Source of the DNA: an uncultured virus (IMG/VR IMGVR_UViG_3300035327_000120)
Taxonomy: Duplodnaviria > Heunggongvirae > Uroviricota > Caudoviricetes
IMG/VR virus record: IMGVR_UViG_3300035327_000120
Reading direction: 5' to 3' (one strand)
Length of the DNA stretch: 64,000 nucleotides
A program made the translations under genes and the position numbers. Of the stretch, positions 59,232 through 64,000 are shown in pieces; within the stretch, counting starts at the first letter, position 1; each line of letters starts with the position of its first letter. The notes under the pieces are model-generated. The model saw only the letters and a program-made list of their open reading frames with translations. It made no database searches and had not been told where the DNA came from.

Positions 59232-60455
59232 TCAAACTCCTGCAAAGGGTTTCAGATATGAGAACGGAGCCGTCAGTTCACCCTTGCGAATGAGCGTTGC
59301 CCTCTCGATTACTCGGTCGGGGTCAACGTTCATCAGAGCAGGGAAAACATGCTCCATTAACTTTTCTCCAAAGTTCGTCGACGCCTCTACCGGTATAGCG
59401 TTAGGCAGAGTGTCAACAGCCATTACGCCGACAGCAGAGCCGGACATAGCGTCCGTTTCCTCCCACTTGGCTCTGTCAATGCCGTAGAACGGATTGTCAT
59501 GCGTAGAGGGACGTACTGTCGTTTCCACGCTTCCGTTGATGTCGCAGGTAACGTCGCCTACCACATCTATTCTGGTAAAGCCGAGCATATCCATAGTGAG
59601 ATACTTTGGCTGTGCCGGCGCCCAAAAGTGGCAGGGGATAAAGATTGTCGTTTTTCCTGAGAACTTACCAAAGTCCGAGCAGTACATATCAGGGTGAGCT
59701 TTGAAGTGTTCTCTGTCGTACTGGTAGCCGTCCTTTCTCTTTACGAGGTCAGAGGTCTTGGCCACGGTGAAAATCGGGTTATCTATCATTTCTTCAGGCA
59801 TCGTGAGAAATTCTTCGACTGACACATATCTCACGCCGAGTTCATTCAGGATAAACTGAGCCCCGGCAGAAGCACGGCCATTTCCAGTAACGAGAATACG
59901 AATGTCATTGAAGCGGTCATGCTCCAGTTCAGAAATTATCGGCCGGCCGAGGTTCAGAATATCGGCCACCGTGAATTTCTTATCCGGAGCAGGGAGATTG
60001 AACAGGTCGTTACGCAGTCCATACAGTCGGAGCGAGTTATACACGCCCATGACTCCAGCCCAAAAACTGAAAGACACAAGGCGCTTGCCCTCTCTGGTCA
60101 GATACTCGTAGTCGGTCAGGGTGATGTTTTTCTCAATCATCGCCCGGCAGAGATTTTGATTGTACGGTTGCATCTTTCCTATATGGGCGAAGAAGAAATA
60201 ATGTTTGTCCGGGATAAGGCTCTTTATGCTGACTTCCTTAACTCCGAAAAGCCAATCACAAGAAGCCATATCCTCTGAAAGAACTGCGCCGGCTTTAATG
60301 TATTCCTCATTCGGAAAAATTCGCAGACAGGAGGGTTGAACATATATCTCAAGGCCCGGATAGGTCGATAGCAATTTCTTGCACTGCGCCGGGGTTATCG
60401 GAGTGCGATTGTCAACAGGGATTTTCGTTTCCCTTAGAATACCTATGCGTTTCAT
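59232..60455 (-). CDS. Saccharopine dehydrogenase / lysine-ketoglutarate reductase-like enzyme (AlaDh/PNT superfamily)
   Basis: IGILRETK...R.P.TP, GVKEV, FFAH..K.QPYN, DYEYL, TGNGRASAGA, DVTCDINGS, MAVDTLP. Confidence 0.85.
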   Translation of the reverse strand: MKRIGILRETKIPVDNRTPITPAQCKKLLSTYPGLEIYVQPSCLRIFPNEEYIKAGAVLSEDMASCDWLFGVKEVSIKSLIPDKHYFFFAHIGKMQPYNQNLCRAMIEKNITLTDYEYLTREGKRLVSFSFWAGVMGVYNSLRLYGLRNDLFNLPAPDKKFTVADILNLGRPIISELEHDRFNDIRILVTGNGRASAGAQFILNELGVRYVSVEEFLTMPEEMIDNPIFTVAKTSDLVKRKDGYQYDREHFKAHPDMYCSDFGKFSGKTTIFIPCHFWAPAQPKYLTMDMLGFTRIDVVGDVTCDINGSVETTVRPSTHDNPFYGIDRAKWEETDAMSGSAVGVMAVDTLPNAIPVEASTNFGEKLMEHVFPALMNVDPDRVIERATLIRKGELTAPFSYLKPFAGV

Positions 60456-61150
60456 TCTGTCACCTCACTTTCCATTTGCTTTTTGGCGAGTTCCAAGATT
60501 TTGCAGAACGCCATGTTGCTTGACTTGATTTCGTATTTCTTGCGGATCTGCCCGATAAGCTGGAGGTAGAAATCCTCATTTTCATCACCGTCAACGACCA
60601 TTACGATGTCATTCTTGCCGTTCTGCTCGTTGATTATACCGACCAGTTCATCAAGCAGCTCCATGTCTTTGTGATAGAATACCACGCAGCATGAATAATG
60701 CTCGCTGGCCACGGAGAAACTTACCCCCTCCGTGGTGATAGGCTCCAGTTCGTCGATGTTGACATGGGCAAAACTCTTGAAATCCACACTCTGAATTTCT
60801 GCAAACATTCTTTTCAGAATGCCTTTGTCATCTTCACCGTGAAGCGAGTTGTGAGAGAGTTGCAGAGCCACAATCTCGTCCGGGGTCATGTCAGCCTCAT
60901 CAGCGTAGATAACAGGTACCTCCCTGTACCGTAGTTTTACTGCGGCCCTATATCGGTGGTGGCCGGAGATAATAACATATCTCCCAGTATCGGTCTTTCG
61001 GTAACAGCCTATGGCGCTGCTTAACCCTCCAGAGATACGAATGTTCTCCACGAGCCTGTTGAAATCATGCTCGGACATCTGATTTGCATTGACACTCGCC
61101 TCATCTATAAGGCTTATGTCAATAGAGGCTTGTTTCCATTTATTACTCAT
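60452..61150 (-). CDS. ParB/Srx N-terminal domain protein
   Basis: NANQM...LVENIR...YVIISGHHRYRAA...LSHNSLHGEDD. Confidence 0.8.
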   Translation of the reverse strand: MSNKWKQASIDISLIDEASVNANQMSEHDFNRLVENIRISGGLSSAIGCYRKTDTGRYVIISGHHRYRAAVKLRYREVPVIYADEADMTPDEIVALQLSHNSLHGEDDKGILKRMFAEIQSVDFKSFAHVNIDELEPITTEGVSFSVASEHYSCCVVFYHKDMELLDELVGIINEQNGKNDIVMVVDGDENEDFYLQLIGQIRKKYEIKSSNMAFCKILELAKKQMESEVTE

Positions 61151-63165
61151 TTCTTACGGCTTATAAACTGTTTGTACTTGGCGATAATATCAGTAAACTC
61201 TCCCTCGGTGCCGAGTTCACAAGTGTAGACTAAATGGTTTTTCTCCTGCGAAACTTTCTTGAATAGGCCACGGTACTTCATTGATACCGGATTGTGAGTG
61301 TAGACTTTCGTTTCACAAGTTACAAAGTCATCGAGGGTGCGCCGGGACAGGAATTTCTTCACCCAGCGAGATTTTACGCAGAGCAATATCAACTTGCTCA
61401 ATCTCGGTATGGCATTATTGGTGCAGAAATCAGTTACCAGCGAAATATCGTAGTCTTGCTTACTGAACTTGAAGCCGAAAGCCCCAAGCAGATAATCCTC
61501 ATAGAACACGAGGAACGGAAAGGTTACTTTCGATACAATCTGTACCTTCTTGACATAATGCTTTTGCAACTGGAACACCACGTTTGCCGCGACGTGCCGG
61601 ATTTTCAGTTTGGCAGGGTCGTCAATTACCAAATCATCTGGCGGCTCCTTGAAAGAGGGCATCTTCAACTTGACGGCCTTATACGTTACTGCGGCTTCCT
61701 TTTTGCGTGAACAATAGAAAATTTTGTCGCCGACCGAGGCTATCTTCTGGAGGTGTTCATGGTAGGGGAAAGTGCTTACTAAGAACAGAGTCGTATTCTC
61801 CGGCAGAGTTTCCACGAGGTTCAGATACTCGGTTGAGTGAATTTCAAAACTCTCATTGTAATCGCTATGCTTGCGCAGGGCGCTTACTGCGGTTCTGCTT
61901 TTGCCGTAGTCATCAAAGTTAAAGAACACATCGCTGCCAACTTTTACAGCGTCATTGATAGTTCCAAGCCGGTAGTCGCAGTTGGTAAGGAACTCCACCA
62001 TGCGTGTAGCCGCTTTGGTCGCATTTTGTATGGTGGTAGGCATTGCCGCCTGAATAGCCTCAAAACTCTTCTTGTAAAAGTCGGCCGATTTCAGATAGCG
62101 GCATATCTTCTTGAATACGATTAGGCAGGCGACCTGCTTAACTGGGTCGTCGCCGTTCAAATCTTCGAGGAACTGGAACGTGCTGTCATACTTGATGCGC
62201 AGACCCTCCCGGACAATCGCATACAAGATATGGTTAAACTCGTCGTTATTAAACACTATGAGTTTTTTCAACTTGCTCAATCGTACCTCGGTGGAGAATG
62301 AATAGGGATTTACGCACACAAGCTGATCGCCAGTGTTCTTCACTAAGACATTCAGCATGGATTTAGTCAAGTCCACCGCCGAGTGTGCCGTGGCACCGAC
62401 GTCCATTTCTCTAATCGAAGAAAAGAATATCAGGGAGGGAGGCAACGCAGGAAGAGCCGAGGGTAACTTTATGGTCGATACCATTTGCTCTACCGTCTTT
62501 ATGGCCCGAAAGTCATCTTCATTATGTTTCAGGGCATAATCTACATACCGATAGGCGAACATTATGCAGTTCATTATCTCCTGAAAATCGGTGGTGGTAT
62601 TGAACAGGCGAAACTCTACCGTGCCTCTCACAAAGTAGGAAGCAATATTGACAAAGTGCCGGACATAGCCCTTGTTGTGGCTGTTCTCAAAGGCTCGTTG
62701 CAGTTCAGAGAATGATTGAGCCTTTTGCACTCTCTCGTAAAATTCCAGAGTTGGAGAGGGCCGGTATCTCTGCTCATCGCTGTACGGCGGCAAATGGCAG
62801 AGGTCTTTCAGGAGGTCGGTCGCATGGTAGGTCAGATAGTAGATGTTCTTCAGTTCATCGAGCGTTAAGTCGCCCACGAATATATGAACCTGAACGCCGC
62901 AGTCGCGTCGGGCTACCGCGCCATTTTCAGCGCAGCTTTCGACTACCTTACGGAAGGTGTCGAGGTCTTTATGGCATAGGTGCATGGGAGGCGTATTTAT
63001 CTCGCCTCCGTATCTGGCCGATATAGTACCGCGTGTGCCGTCCGTGTTGTGGATTACCTCTTCCTCGTCCCAAGTGTAGTCAGAGGGAAAGTATATCTTT
63101 CTCTTCTCCACGTTGGCAAGCTCCAGTTCTATGCCAAATGTTCTTTCTGTGATGCGTAGTTCCAT
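61147..63165 (-). CDS. Fusion: N-terminal amidoligase (COOH-NH2 ligase type 2) + C-terminal Mom-like GNAT domain
   Basis: RTFGIELE...DG...EINTPP...CGVQVHI...GTVEFRLF (amidoligase); C-terminal KHY...FLVFYEDYLLGAFGF...IPRLSKLIL...PVSMKYRG; likely ATG 63165 (672 aa). The Mom-like call is by-eye. Confidence 0.65.
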   Translation of the reverse strand: MELRITERTFGIELELANVEKRKIYFPSDYTWDEEEVIHNTDGTRGTISARYGGEINTPPMHLCHKDLDTFRKVVESCAENGAVARRDCGVQVHIFVGDLTLDELKNIYYLTYHATDLLKDLCHLPPYSDEQRYRPSPTLEFYERVQKAQSFSELQRAFENSHNKGYVRHFVNIASYFVRGTVEFRLFNTTTDFQEIMNCIMFAYRYVDYALKHNEDDFRAIKTVEQMVSTIKLPSALPALPPSLIFFSSIREMDVGATAHSAVDLTKSMLNVLVKNTGDQLVCVNPYSFSTEVRLSKLKKLIVFNNDEFNHILYAIVREGLRIKYDSTFQFLEDLNGDDPVKQVACLIVFKKICRYLKSADFYKKSFEAIQAAMPTTIQNATKAATRMVEFLTNCDYRLGTINDAVKVGSDVFFNFDDYGKSRTAVSALRKHSDYNESFEIHSTEYLNLVETLPENTTLFLVSTFPYHEHLQKIASVGDKIFYCSRKKEAAVTYKAVKLKMPSFKEPPDDLVIDDPAKLKIRHVAANVVFQLQKHYVKKVQIVSKVTFPFLVFYEDYLLGAFGFKFSKQDYDISLVTDFCTNNAIPRLSKLILLCVKSRWVKKFLSRRTLDDFVTCETKVYTHNPVSMKYRGLFKKVSQEKNHLVYTCELGTEGEFTDIIAKYKQFISRKK

Positions 63166-63177
63166 GCAAATAATGAT

Positions 63178-63252
63178 TGGAGCGAGAGCAGGGACTCGAA
63201 CCCCGGACTCCGGCATGGTTAGCCGGCGCATTAGCCACTGTGCTACTCTCGC
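63178..63252 (-). tRNA. Atypical tRNA-Gly-like gene, anticodon ACC, encoded CCA
   Basis: GCGAGAG/CTCTCGC acceptor stem, U73, CCA, D-loop GG, CCGGC/GCCGG anticodon stem with loop TAACCAT, TTCGAGT T-loop, 4-nt variable loop. Confidence 0.85.
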
Positions 63253-63291
63253 ATATTGGCGTGAGGGCTATTCAACTCTCACGCCGTATGT

Positions 63292-63711
63292 TCAGAGGTC
63301 ATCAAACAATGAGGGCGGCTCAATCTTCTCTGGCTTCTTGGGAGCAGGAGGAGTTGACACAAATTCTTTTATCTCTACCCCTGTCTGCTGTGTAAGATAT
63401 TGAGCAAGCAGGTGCCTGTGGCAAAAGTCATCGGGCTTTTCATAGCAACATAAGGCCACATCAGAGCCGCCGCAGGTTCTCTCCAGTCTCTCTATAAACT
63501 CGTATGGGTCGAGCCGGGAGAGGATTTGCCGATATGCGTCAAGGTATTGCTGGTGTGATGCCTTTTTTACCATCCACGGTGTAGGCGCCACATCAGACAT
63601 CACTACTGGCACGGAAAGGAAGCGAGGCTGCCAACAGGCAATGCTCACAATCTTTATGCCCTCCTTTGCCAACGCTTTCGCATTGCCGAAATATGAAGTG
63701 TAGATTTTCAT
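63292..63711 (-). CDS. DUF488-like protein
   Basis: MKIYTSYF...VALCCYEKPDDFCHRHLLA. Confidence 0.7.
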   Translation of the reverse strand: MKIYTSYFGNAKALAKEGIKIVSIACWQPRFLSVPVVMSDVAPTPWMVKKASHQQYLDAYRQILSRLDPYEFIERLERTCGGSDVALCCYEKPDDFCHRHLLAQYLTQQTGVEIKEFVSTPPAPKKPEKIEPPSLFDDL

Positions 63712-63977
63712 GCTGATTTCTTTTTCGGGTTGATGTATTCCACGACGTCGAGGTGAAAGAGGGTCATGACTTTTTCTATGTTCCTGATCGGCATATTTCT
63801 GTATCCGTTGAAGAAAGCAGTCAGGCAGGTATTGTCGATATCGGTTTTCTCCGCAACCTCTTTCACTTTCATTCCAGATACAGCAAAATGCGATTTGAGA
63901 ATTTCAGGCAGTTCCGAGGGAGGCAGAGCAGCACGGCCGGCGGTTTTTAAGCCGATAGACAATCCCAGTTCTTCCAT
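63708..63977 (-). CDS. XRE-type HTH protein
   Basis: VKEVAEKTDIDNTCLTAFFNG. Confidence 0.65.
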   Translation of the reverse strand: MEELGLSIGLKTAGRAALPPSELPEILKSHFAVSGMKVKEVAEKTDIDNTCLTAFFNGYRNMPIRNIEKVMTLFHLDVVEYINPKKKSA

Positions 63978-64000
63978 TGCTTTGACAAACTTGGGATATG

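Larger units (their letters stand above)
1..64000. mobile_element. Temperate Bacteroidales prophage/phage genome segment (Caudoviricetes), DGR-carrying; extends beyond window
   Basis: Integrase, terminases, portal, capsid, ClpP-type protease, tape measure, endolysin/holin; no host housekeeping genes; nearly all genes co-oriented on minus strand. Confidence 0.95.

Noticed and set aside
63166..63231. N-terminal extension of the 694-aa ORF in the track
   Set aside because: Overlaps the tRNA gene; ATG at 63165 sits just before the amidoligase motif
1..64000. Stop-codon reassignment as in some gut phages
   Set aside because: Genes are long and dense under the standard code and the tRNA is not a suppressor

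Overview
The window is about 64 kb of a temperate tailed phage (prophage) of a Bacteroidales host. Host assignment is inferred from TAnnTTTG promoters, A-rich translation starts without Shine-Dalgarno motifs, and the gene families present. Left to right, nearly all on the minus strand: tyrosine integrase (+), a long array of small accessory/early genes, lysis genes, dUTPase, an iteron-like repeat array, HicAB, a diversity-generating retroelement (RT, TR, 2726-aa target), portal/capsid/protease, a second accessory block with a GmrSD-like gene (+), tape measure/tail genes, terminases and a terminase-linked enzyme operon. Two systems stand out. (1) A candidate tRNA-dependent DNA hypermodification operon next to the terminase: an atypical tRNA-Gly (anticodon ACC, A33) sits 12 nt before an amidoligase/Mom-like GNAT fusion, followed by ParB-like and saccharopine-dehydrogenase-like genes. 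(2) The DGR has two targets from one TR: the adjacent giant virion protein and a 204-aa gene about 14 kb away, both differing from the TR only at adenines. Also seen: a G7-tract frameshifted C5-methylase-like gene, seven copies of a conserved promoter element, a 13-nt motif before many start codons and an attenuator-like leader. Protein family calls come from motif recognition by eye, not database searches. No att site or replication helicase/primase was identified, so the element probably continues past the right edge.
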